Shown here piece by piece: positions 1-7,746 of a stretch of 64,000 nucleotides of DNA. The notes beneath the pieces are model-generated. The model worked only from the letters and a program-made list of their open reading frames with translations. It made no database searches and was not told the origin of the DNA. The number at the start of each line of letters is the position of its first letter. The first letter of the stretch is position 1. Origin of the DNA: an uncultured Clostridium sp. (GTDB lineage Bacteria > Bacillota > Clostridia > TANB77 > CAG-508); assembly GCA_900555615.1 (NCBI GenBank), contig USMB01000001.1, positions 64,470 through 128,469 on the forward strand, read 5' to 3'. Position numbers and translations under genes: made by a program.

Positions 1-2
1 TA

Positions 3-476
3 AATAGTATAAGTAAAGATTATATTGGAGGTGCAATGATATGGCCTGCACCTGGATATAAGACAATAACTTCTGAGTATGGAATGAGAGTTCATCCTGT
101 TACTGGAGCATATAAATTGCATACAGGAGTTGACATTGGAGCAACATATGGTTCAAGCTTTGTGGCTGCCGCAAATGGAATTGTTGTAAAGGCAACATTT
201 AGCCCAGCATATGGTAATATGGTCATTATAGACCATGGAGGAGGTGTACAAACCTTATATGCCCATGGCAGTGAAATAATGGTAGAAGTTGGACAAACAG
301 TAAGTGCTGGTACAGAAGTTTTAAAAGTAGGTTCAACAGGATATTCAACAGGACCACATGCACATTTTGAGATTAGAATAAATGGTCAAACAGTAAATCC
401 ATTGGATTATCTATTATCATATGATTTTAACAAAAAGTTAGAAGAGAAAAAAGCAGAAGAAACAAATAATAGCTAA
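3..476 (+). CDS. M23 family metallopeptidase, C-terminal portion (5' end lies upstream of the window)
   Basis: The frame is open from the first in-frame codon of the window to the listed ATG at 36, so the 146-aa ORF is probably the tail of a longer protein. M23 signatures HTGVDI (HxxxD) and HAHFE (HxH) are present. Confidence 0.85.
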   Translation, partial: NSISKDYIGGAMIWPAPGYKTITSEYGMRVHPVTGAYKLHTGVDIGATYGSSFVAAANGIVVKATFSPAYGNMVIIDHGGGVQTLYAHGSEIMVEVGQTVSAGTEVLKVGSTGYSTGPHAHFEIRINGQTVNPLDYLLSYDFNKKLEEKKAEETNNS

Positions 477-510
477 AGAATAAAATATAATATAGAGAGG
501 ATGAGAAAAA

Positions 511-1689
511 ATGAAAAAAACATTAGCTAAAATTTTTGGAATCACAATATCTTTTGCACTTGTATTTCAGACAATTAGTGTAGATGCGACGACTCAAAAA
601 CAATTAGAAAAAGAGAAATCACAGATAAACACACAAATTGAAGATGCAAAAGAAAAGCAAAAAGAAATAGAAGCACAAAAATCAGAAGCAATGAAATCAG
701 TAGAAAGTTTAATGAGTAAAATAGATACTGCTGAAGATGAAGTAGACAATTTACAGAGTAAAATAGATGAACTAAGAACACAAATAGCACAAAAAGAAAA
801 AGATATAACTTCAAAAGAAGATGAATATAATAAACAAATGGAACTATTAGATGAAAGAATGCTAAAAATGTATAAGTCTCCAAAAACAGGTTATTTAGAG
901 ACATTTTTAACAGCTTCAAATATGACAGATTTCTTAGCCAAATATTATGCTGCATCTGAATTGGTATCATATGATAAAAAATTAATGCAAGAAACAAAAG
1001 CGCAAAAAGAACAAATCGAAAATGAAAAAAGTGCATTAGAAGAAAATAAAAAAGATTTAGATAATTCATTGGCAGAAAAAGAAAGTAAATCAAATGAGTT
1101 AAAGGCGCTAAAAAAAGATAAAGAAACACAAGTTGCAAAATTAACAGAAGAAGAAAAACAAACTCAAAAAGAGATTGAAGAATTACAAGCACATGAGAAA
1201 ACAGTTAGTAAAAAGATAGAACAAATGCAAAGAGAATATGATGAGCAGCAAAAAAAGAATAATAATACAAACAGTAATAGTGGTACAAATGGTTCAACTG
1301 GATTTGGATGGCCAGTAAAAAACAATACAATTGGAACTAAGTATGGGGCATCAGGAAAATATTGGAGTTCAGGATATCACACAGGAGTAGATTTCCCTGT
1401 TTCAACTGGAACACAAGTATATTCAGTTGGTGATGGTCAAGTTTTTGATACAGGATATAGTTCTGCATATGGAAATTTTGTTGAGATATATCATGGAAAT
1501 AATATATATAGTTTTTATGCTCATGGTTCAAAAGTTCAAGTAAGTGTTGGAGAAAAAGTTTCAAAGGGAGATCCAATAATGTTATCTGGGCGTACAGGAA
1601 ATGTTACTGGACCACATTTACATTTTGAAATAAGGACACCTGGTTACAGGTATTCAAATTGTGTAAATCCAATGAAATATTTGCCATAA
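511..1689 (+). CDS. Coiled-coil M23 peptidoglycan endopeptidase (EnvC/PcsB-like architecture)
   Basis: RBS GAGAGGATGAG lies upstream. The protein has an N-terminal signal/anchor, about 230 aa of K/E/Q-rich heptad-like sequence, and a C-terminal M23 domain with HTGVDF and HLHFE. Confidence 0.85.
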   Translation: MKKTLAKIFGITISFALVFQTISVDATTQKQLEKEKSQINTQIEDAKEKQKEIEAQKSEAMKSVESLMSKIDTAEDEVDNLQSKIDELRTQIAQKEKDITSKEDEYNKQMELLDERMLKMYKSPKTGYLETFLTASNMTDFLAKYYAASELVSYDKKLMQETKAQKEQIENEKSALEENKKDLDNSLAEKESKSNELKALKKDKETQVAKLTEEEKQTQKEIEELQAHEKTVSKKIEQMQREYDEQQKKNNNTNSNSGTNGSTGFGWPVKNNTIGTKYGASGKYWSSGYHTGVDFPVSTGTQVYSVGDGQVFDTGYSSAYGNFVEIYHGNNIYSFYAHGSKVQVSVGEKVSKGDPIMLSGRTGNVTGPHLHFEIRTPGYRYSNCVNPMKYLP

Positions 1690-1719
1690 TAAATTTATAT
1701 AGGAGGAAGCAAGTAGAAC

Positions 1720-2961
1720 TTGCGAGTGAAAATGGAAGAAGAGAAGTATTTAAAAAAACAAAGAATTTATAATGGAATAATGCTAGTCATATTAACATCA
1801 TTTATAACAGCTATTTTAACAACAGCATATATAGGAAGAAAATATGATTTAGGAAATAACAATAATTCTATATCATCATTATTTAATACATCATCAGATA
1901 ATAATGTATCAACTTCAATAAATTACATAAAAAAAATATTAAAAAAATATTATTTGAATGATATAGATGAGGAAAAAGCAGAAGAAGGAGCAATAGAAGG
2001 ATATGTAGAATCTCTAGGAGATCCATATACAGAATATATTCCAAAAGATAAGATGGAAGACTATAAACAAAATTTAATGGGAAACTATGTTGGAATTGGA
2101 ATATACATGGCTAAAAATACAGAAAACAATACAATTGTAGTATTAACTCCTATAAAATATAGTCCAGCAGAAGAAGCTGGAATTCTTCCTGGGGATGTAA
2201 TAAAAAGTATAGATGGTGTTGAATACTCAGGAGATGATATGACAGCAGCTGCAAATAATATAAAAGGTGCAGAGGGAACAACAGTAAAATTACAAATTTT
2301 AAGAAATCAAGAAGTAAAAAGTTTTGAAATTACAAGAAAAAAGATTACAACAAATCCTGTAATTGCAAAAAAATTAGATAATAATATAGGATATTTAGAA
2401 GTAAGCAGTTTTGATGAAGATACAGCAACTAACTTTAAAGAAAAATTTGAAGAATTGAGAAATCAAGGAATAACATCATTAATTATAGATTTAAGAAATA
2501 ATGGTGGTGGTTTAGTTGATGAAGCACTACAAATAGCAGATTATATTGTGCCAAAAGGAAAAGATTTATTAATAACAGTTGATAAAGATAAAAACGAAAA
2601 AATCGAAAAATCTAAAGAAGATGTTCTTATAGATATGCCAATAGTAGTACTTGTAAATAAAAATTCTGCAAGTTCATCAGAAATATTAGCAGGAGCACTA
2701 AAAGATTTAGGAGAAGCTACAATTGTTGGAACAACAACATATGGAAAAGGAGTAATACAACAATTATTATCTCTTAAAAATGGTGCTGGGCTAAAAGTTA
2801 CAGTTGAAGAATATTATACACCAAATAGATCAAAAATTAATGGTCTAGGAATAGAACCAGATGAAAAAGTAGAATTACCAGAGTCTGTAACAAATATATT
2901 ATTAGTAAAAGATGAAGAAGACACTCAATTACAAAAAGCAGTAGAATTATTAAGCAAATAA
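1720..2961 (+). CDS. Carboxyl-terminal processing protease (S41 family, PDZ domain)
   Basis: N-terminal TM segment, a PDZ-like segment (GILPGDVIKSIDG), the S41 catalytic Ser context NKNSASSSEILAG and the Lys context TYGKG. The start is TTG at 1720 or ATG at 1732, after RBS AGGAGGA at 1701. Confidence 0.9.
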   Translation: MRVKMEEEKYLKKQRIYNGIMLVILTSFITAILTTAYIGRKYDLGNNNNSISSLFNTSSDNNVSTSINYIKKILKKYYLNDIDEEKAEEGAIEGYVESLGDPYTEYIPKDKMEDYKQNLMGNYVGIGIYMAKNTENNTIVVLTPIKYSPAEEAGILPGDVIKSIDGVEYSGDDMTAAANNIKGAEGTTVKLQILRNQEVKSFEITRKKITTNPVIAKKLDNNIGYLEVSSFDEDTATNFKEKFEELRNQGITSLIIDLRNNGGGLVDEALQIADYIVPKGKDLLITVDKDKNEKIEKSKEDVLIDMPIVVLVNKNSASSSEILAGALKDLGEATIVGTTTYGKGVIQQLLSLKNGAGLKVTVEEYYTPNRSKINGLGIEPDEKVELPESVTNILLVKDEEDTQLQKAVELLSK

Positions 2962-2973
2962 GGAGTTATTATC

Positions 2974-3627
2974 ATGAAAATGAATTTAGCAAATAAATTA
3001 ACAATATTTAGAATTATATTAGTTCCAGTAATTATGGCTATCCCAATTATAGATAATTTAATTGGGATACCAGGAACATTTCTTGGAATATCATCTGCTT
3101 TCTGGATTATGAATATTATATTTATAATAGCATCAATTACAGATAAATTAGATGGATATATTGCAAGAAGTAGAAATGAAGTAACAACATTCGGAAAATT
3201 TTTAGACCCACTTGCAGACAAAATATTAGTATTGTCTGCACTTGTAATACTAGTAGAATATGGTAAAATTCCATCTTGGATACCAATTATAGTGTTAGCA
3301 AGAGAATTTATTGTTTCTGGATATAGATTAGTTGCAGTAGAAAAAGGTGGAAAAGTAATTGCAGCATCTATTTGGGGAAAATTAAAAACAGTAACTCAAA
3401 TGATTGCTATAATCTTTTGCTTCTTAGATAAATTTTCATTTGGACAATTTATTTTTAGATTTTCAGATGAAGCAAGTGCAGTTGCAAACTCTGCATCAAT
3501 TTATATGACAACAGGTCAATTTGTTATAAATATAATATCAGCAGTAATGTTAGTAATATCAGTTGTTGCAACGATATTTTCAGGGGTTGATTATTTAAAA
3601 AATGGTAAAGATTTATTAAAAGATTAG
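2974..3627 (+). CDS. pgsA: CDP-diacylglycerol--glycerol-3-phosphate 3-phosphatidyltransferase
   Basis: CDP-alcohol phosphatidyltransferase motif DKLDGYIARSRNEVTTFGKFLDPLADK (D-x2-DG-x2-AR-x8-G-x3-D-x3-D). The protein is polytopic, and RBS AAGGAG lies 8 nt upstream. Confidence 0.9.
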   Translation: MKMNLANKLTIFRIILVPVIMAIPIIDNLIGIPGTFLGISSAFWIMNIIFIIASITDKLDGYIARSRNEVTTFGKFLDPLADKILVLSALVILVEYGKIPSWIPIIVLAREFIVSGYRLVAVEKGGKVIAASIWGKLKTVTQMIAIIFCFLDKFSFGQFIFRFSDEASAVANSASIYMTTGQFVINIISAVMLVISVVATIFSGVDYLKNGKDLLKD

Positions 3628-3634
3628 AAAATAC

Positions 3635-3663
3635 TTGACAAAATTAAAAAAGTGAAGTATCAT
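3635..3663 (+). promoter_or_regulatory. Sigma-A-type promoter candidate upstream of greA
   Basis: TTGACA (3635-3640), a hand-counted 17-nt spacer, then TATCAT (3658-3663). Confidence 0.5.
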
Positions 3664-3681
3664 ACTAAATGTTAATATAAA

Positions 3682-3708
3682 AGCGACTTTAAAAAGTCGC
3701 TCTTTAAT
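3682..3708 (+). terminator. Stem-loop AGCGACTTT-AA-AAAGTCGCT followed by CTTTAAT (pgsA terminator and/or greA leader attenuator)
   Basis: Perfect 9-bp inverted repeat at 3682-3690 / 3693-3701 with a weak U-tract. It lies downstream of the candidate promoter at 3635 and upstream of the greA RBS. Confidence 0.5.
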
Positions 3709-3746
3709 GCTATATACCAGCAATGGTTTTAAGGAGGAATGCAATT

Positions 3747-4223
3747 ATGGAGGAAAAAGAAGTAATACTAACACAAGAAGGATTTGACAAAATTGAGAAA
3801 GAATTAGAATATTTAAGAACAGAAAAAAGATCTGAAATAGCAGATAGAATAAAGGTTGCTTTAGGATTTGGAGATTTATCTGAAAATTCAGAATATGATG
3901 AAGCAAAAAATGCGCAAGCAGAAAATGAGGCAAAAATAGCAGAATTAGAAAATAAAGTTAGATATGCTAAAATCATAGATGAAAAAGATATAGATACAAA
4001 AACTGTTCAAATAGGTAATACAGTAACATTATATGATATTGAATTTGATGAGGAAGTAGAATATACTATAGTTGGTTCAACAGAAGTAAATCTTGCAGAA
4101 AATAAAATATCAAATGAATCACCAATAGGTAAAGCATTATTAGGAGCTAAAAAGGGAGCTACAGTAGAAGTTAATGCACCTGCAGGAATTATAAAATATG
4201 AAATACGTAAAATAAAAAAATAA
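3747..4223 (+). CDS. greA: Transcription elongation factor GreA
   Basis: N-terminal coiled-coil ([41 protein letters not shown]) plus a C-terminal globular domain. ATG at 3747 is 9 nt after AGGAGG, and the listed ORF start at 3723 is an upstream extension. Confidence 0.95.
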   Translation: MEEKEVILTQEGFDKIEKELEYLRTEKRSEIADRIKVALGFGDLSENSEYDEAKNAQAENEAKIAELENKVRYAKIIDEKDIDTKTVQIGNTVTLYDIEFDEEVEYTIVGSTEVNLAENKISNESPIGKALLGAKKGATVEVNAPAGIIKYEIRKIKK

Positions 4224-4237
4224 ACATAAAAATTTAA

Positions 4238-4271
4238 GAAATGTCAAAAATTTGTTTGACATTTCTTTTTT
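4238..4271 (+). terminator. Rho-independent terminator of greA
   Basis: Perfect 11-bp stem GAAATGTCAAA / TTTGACATTTC (4238-4248 / 4255-4265), a 6-nt loop, then T6. Confidence 0.85.
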
Positions 4272-4284
4272 GTTGTGATATTAT
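4256..4284 (+). promoter_or_regulatory. lexA promoter candidate whose -35 is embedded in the greA terminator
   Basis: TTGACA (4256-4261), a 17-nt spacer, then an extended -10 TGaTATTAT (4276-4284). Confidence 0.55.
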
Positions 4285-4316
4285 AAAAACATAATAGAAA
4301 AGGAGAAGTGATGTAA

Positions 4317-4964
4317 ATGGGGACTAGAGCCGAAACAAGCAGAAAAGAAAAAGCAATATTAAAATTTATTGAAAACCAAGTTATTGAAAATGGTTATCCA
4401 CCATCAGTAAGAGAAATAGGAAAAGCAATCGGATTAAGCTCAACAGCTACAGTTCATGCATATTTAGCAAAGTTAGAAAAACAAGGATATATAAAAAAAG
4501 AAGATAAAAAAGGAAGAACATTAAAAGTAATTAAAGGAACAGATGGTCAACCTATTACAAAGCAAAATAAAGAGTTCTATACTCAAAGAGAAATGGTAGA
4601 TGTACCAGTTATAGGAAAAATTACAGCTGGTTTACCAATTCTTGCAGTAGAAAATGTAACAGATACATTTCCAATTCCAATTGATTTTGTTGGTAATAGT
4701 GAAAGTTTCATGTTAACTGTAAGAGGAGAAAGTATGATAGAAGCAGGAATATTAGATGGAGACTATATTCTTGTAAAAAAACAAAATGATGCTAGTAATG
4801 GAGAAATAGTAGTTGCATTAATAGGAGATGAAGCAACTGTAAAGACATTTTATAAGGAAAAAGATCATATTCGTTTACAACCAGAGAATCATACAATGGA
4901 CCCAATAATAGTACCAGATTGTAAAATATTAGGGAAAGTTGCTGGTGTATTTAGAAAAATGTAG
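4317..4964 (+). CDS. lexA: LexA repressor (SOS regulator, S24 autopeptidase)
   Basis: N-terminal winged HTH ([33 protein letters not shown]), Ala-Gly cleavage context [11 protein letters not shown], catalytic Ser in RGESM and Lys in TVKTF. Confidence 0.95.
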   Translation: MGTRAETSRKEKAILKFIENQVIENGYPPSVREIGKAIGLSSTATVHAYLAKLEKQGYIKKEDKKGRTLKVIKGTDGQPITKQNKEFYTQREMVDVPVIGKITAGLPILAVENVTDTFPIPIDFVGNSESFMLTVRGESMIEAGILDGDYILVKKQNDASNGEIVVALIGDEATVKTFYKEKDHIRLQPENHTMDPIIVPDCKILGKVAGVFRKM

Positions 4965-4986
4965 AAATAAAAAATATTAATAAAAA

Positions 4987-5013
4987 ATAGCAAGAAAAAT
5001 CTTGCTATTTTTT
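4987..5013 (+). terminator. Rho-independent terminator of lexA
   Basis: ATAGCAAG-aaaaat-CTTGCTAT followed by a T-run. Confidence 0.8.
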
Positions 5014-5058
5014 GTAGTGTATAATATAATAAAACAAAAAAACAAGGAGAAAAAACAA

Positions 5059-6750
5059 ATGAAAGAATTAGGTTCAAAAGGTAATATAATAAAAAGAATT
5101 TTTATAGTAGTATTAGTATTAATAGCAATCATTCTAATATTGTTAAAAGCACAAGATTTTATGAAAGAAAAAACAGATGATTCAATTAGTTTAATTATAA
5201 ATAATACAAATGTAACTCAAAGACTTAAATATGAAGTGAAAATTGAGAATGATGATATTTATATTTCAATGGATGATATAAAGAATTTTTTTGACAAGTA
5301 TATCTATATAGAAGATGAAATAAACGAAATAGTAACAACATATAATGATAAAATTGCAAGCATAGGATTTGAAGCAAACAAGCTAACATTAAATGGTTCG
5401 ACAAAGAAAATCAATGCACATGCAATAAAAGAAAATGATGTTGTTTACATACCAATAAGTGAAATGACAGATGTATATAATATTGAAATTAACAACATAG
5501 AATCAACAAAAGTAATAACAATAGATTCATTAGAAAGAGAACAATTAAAGGCAACTACAAAATCAAAACTTTCAGTAAAATCAAAAAGAGAAAGTTTTTC
5601 TAGGACAGTAGATAAAGTTGAAGATAATGCAAGTTTAATTGTAATAAAAAATAATGGAGCAACATCTGAAAAAGGATGGACAAAAGTAAGAACATCAAAT
5701 GGAAAAATTGGATATGTAAAAACAAGTAAATTAAATGAAATAACAACAACAAGACAAGCAGTAGAAAAGAAAAAACAAATAGAAGGAAAAGTAAACATGT
5801 TTTGGGATTATTTCTCACAATATGTAAAAGCACCAGATAGAACAGGACAAGTAGTTGATGGAGTAAATGTAGTATCACCACTATTCTTCTATTTAGATAA
5901 AACAGATGGAACATTAAAAGAAAATGTTGGAGAGGCAGGAAAAACATATATTGAATGGGCACATTCAAATGGATACAAAATATGGCCAATGATTTCAAAT
6001 TCAGATGCTGGAATAAAAGTTACCTCAACAATATTGAATAGTTATAGTAAAAGACAAGAATTAATACAAAGCATAGTAGAAAAATGTGCACAATATGAAA
6101 TTGATGGTATAAATATAGATTTTGAAAATATGTACCAAGCAGATAAAGATAAATTTTCAAGATTTATAATAGAACTTGCACCACGTATGCAAGAAATGGG
6201 AATCGTTTTATCTGTAGATGTAACAGCTCCAGATGGAGATCCAAATTGGTCTTTATGTTATAACAGAAATGTAATTGGAGATGTAGCAGATTACTTGGTA
6301 TTTATGGGATATGACCAATATGGAACATCAAGTGCAAAACCAGGAACAACAGCGGGACTTAATTGGGTTGAAAAAAGTTTACAAAAAATAATTCAATATG
6401 ATGAAGTAGATACAGAAAAAATAATTTTAGGAATGCCATTCTACACAAGACAATGGACAGTTGCAGCAGATGGAACAATTAAGGATAGAAGTACTGTATC
6501 AATGATGAATATTAAAATTCCTAATAATGTTGAAAAACAATGGGATGATGATTTAAAACAATATTACATCGAATATGCATCAGGAAAAAATACAATAAAA
6601 ATGTGGATTGAAGATGGAGTTTCAATAAAAGAAAAAGTTGCATTAGTTGCAAAATATAAATTAGGAGGAACTTCTGGCTGGAGAAAAGATATGGAAACAT
6701 CTAATGTTTGGGCAATAATTAAAGAAGGACTTGCTAATGCAAGCGAATAA
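5059..6750 (+). CDS. GH18 family glycosyl hydrolase with N-terminal anchor and SH3b-like domain (YaaH/YdhD-like spore peptidoglycan hydrolase type)
   Basis: GH18 catalytic motif IDGINIDFE (DxxDxDxE), an SH3b-like segment GWTKVRTSNGKIGYVKTSKL and an N-terminal TM. ATG at 5059 follows RBS AAGGAGA, and the listed start at 5002 overlaps the lexA terminator. Confidence 0.8.
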   Translation: MKELGSKGNIIKRIFIVVLVLIAIILILLKAQDFMKEKTDDSISLIINNTNVTQRLKYEVKIENDDIYISMDDIKNFFDKYIYIEDEINEIVTTYNDKIASIGFEANKLTLNGSTKKINAHAIKENDVVYIPISEMTDVYNIEINNIESTKVITIDSLEREQLKATTKSKLSVKSKRESFSRTVDKVEDNASLIVIKNNGATSEKGWTKVRTSNGKIGYVKTSKLNEITTTRQAVEKKKQIEGKVNMFWDYFSQYVKAPDRTGQVVDGVNVVSPLFFYLDKTDGTLKENVGEAGKTYIEWAHSNGYKIWPMISNSDAGIKVTSTILNSYSKRQELIQSIVEKCAQYEIDGINIDFENMYQADKDKFSRFIIELAPRMQEMGIVLSVDVTAPDGDPNWSLCYNRNVIGDVADYLVFMGYDQYGTSSAKPGTTAGLNWVEKSLQKIIQYDEVDTEKIILGMPFYTRQWTVAADGTIKDRSTVSMMNIKIPNNVEKQWDDDLKQYYIEYASGKNTIKMWIEDGVSIKEKVALVAKYKLGGTSGWRKDMETSNVWAIIKEGLANASE

Positions 6751-6759
6751 AATAGTAAA

Positions 6760-6791
6760 AGTCTGAAACAAAAAAAGGTTTCAGGCTTTTT
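6760..6791 (+). terminator. Rho-independent terminator
   Basis: AGTCTGAAAC / GTTTCAGGCT 10-bp stem (one G-U pair) followed by T5. Confidence 0.8.
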
Positions 6792-6834
6792 GCATAATTA
6801 ATAAAGATTTATCATAAATTCAATTGAGGTGATT

Positions 6835-7674
6835 ATGATAAAAACTTTATATTTAGAAAAGGTGGATAAGCCAAACTTTATGTTTCAAAAACTAAAAATT
6901 GAACAAGATAATTGTAAAATATATGCTAATTTAGAAAAAGAAAAAAATATAAAGAAAGTGGTTTCAAAAATAGCGAAAGCCGAAATTAATGCGGTGGTTT
7001 TAAGTAAAGAATTAAAAGCAAACAAACAATTAATAAATAAATTAAACTCAGCTAATATACGCATATTTGATGGCAGATGGCTAGAAAAATATTTAACCTA
7101 TGAAATATTAGAATTTATTTTAAAACAGAAAAATCAAAAAAAAGAAGAAACTGAATTAGCAATAACTACAAATGAAATTACAGACTCATGCATACAGATC
7201 ATAAAGACATTAGCCAAACAGTATAAAAGGGTCACAGTAGTTACAAATCATTCAAGTAAATTAAGAAAAATTGAAAAAGAATTATATGATGAATATGGAA
7301 TTTTAATTTTAGTTTCTAATAATCAAAAAAAGAGTTTAGCCAAAACACAACTAATATTAAATATGGATTTTAACAAAGAGGTGTTAAACAAATATAAAAT
7401 AAATGAAAATGCAGTAATTTTAAATTTGGAAGGAGACATGATAATTTACAATAAAAGGTTTAATGGTATAAATGTCAATAACTATGAAATAGAAGTAGGC
7501 AGAGAAGAGATAATCTGGAGAACAAATATGAATAAATTTGAAACTAAAGAATTATTGGAAGCGTTTTTATATATGAAAGATACATTTGATAATATTCGTG
7601 CAAAAATAGGAAAATACAAGGTTTTGGTGCAAGAAATATATGGGATAAATGGAAAAATCGAAAGATTTTCTTAA
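6835..7674 (+). CDS. Hypothetical protein
   Basis: Long ORF with local codon usage, starting at ATG 6835 after GAGGTG. I do not recognise any family motif. Confidence 0.5.
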   Translation: MIKTLYLEKVDKPNFMFQKLKIEQDNCKIYANLEKEKNIKKVVSKIAKAEINAVVLSKELKANKQLINKLNSANIRIFDGRWLEKYLTYEILEFILKQKNQKKEETELAITTNEITDSCIQIIKTLAKQYKRVTVVTNHSSKLRKIEKELYDEYGILILVSNNQKKSLAKTQLILNMDFNKEVLNKYKINENAVILNLEGDMIIYNKRFNGINVNNYEIEVGREEIIWRTNMNKFETKELLEAFLYMKDTFDNIRAKIGKYKVLVQEIYGINGKIERFS

Positions 7675-7746
7675 AATACTTTCCTTTTTTGGCAAAATGT
7701 ATTATAATATTTTGAGTAGATTCCAAAAAATACGGAGGATTTATAA

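Noticed and set aside
575-1192. 205-aa ORF on the - strand inside the coiled-coil M23 gene
   Set aside because: Its L/F-rich product is the mirror image of the K/E/Q-rich coding strand. It has no RBS, and the + strand gene has clear domain signatures.
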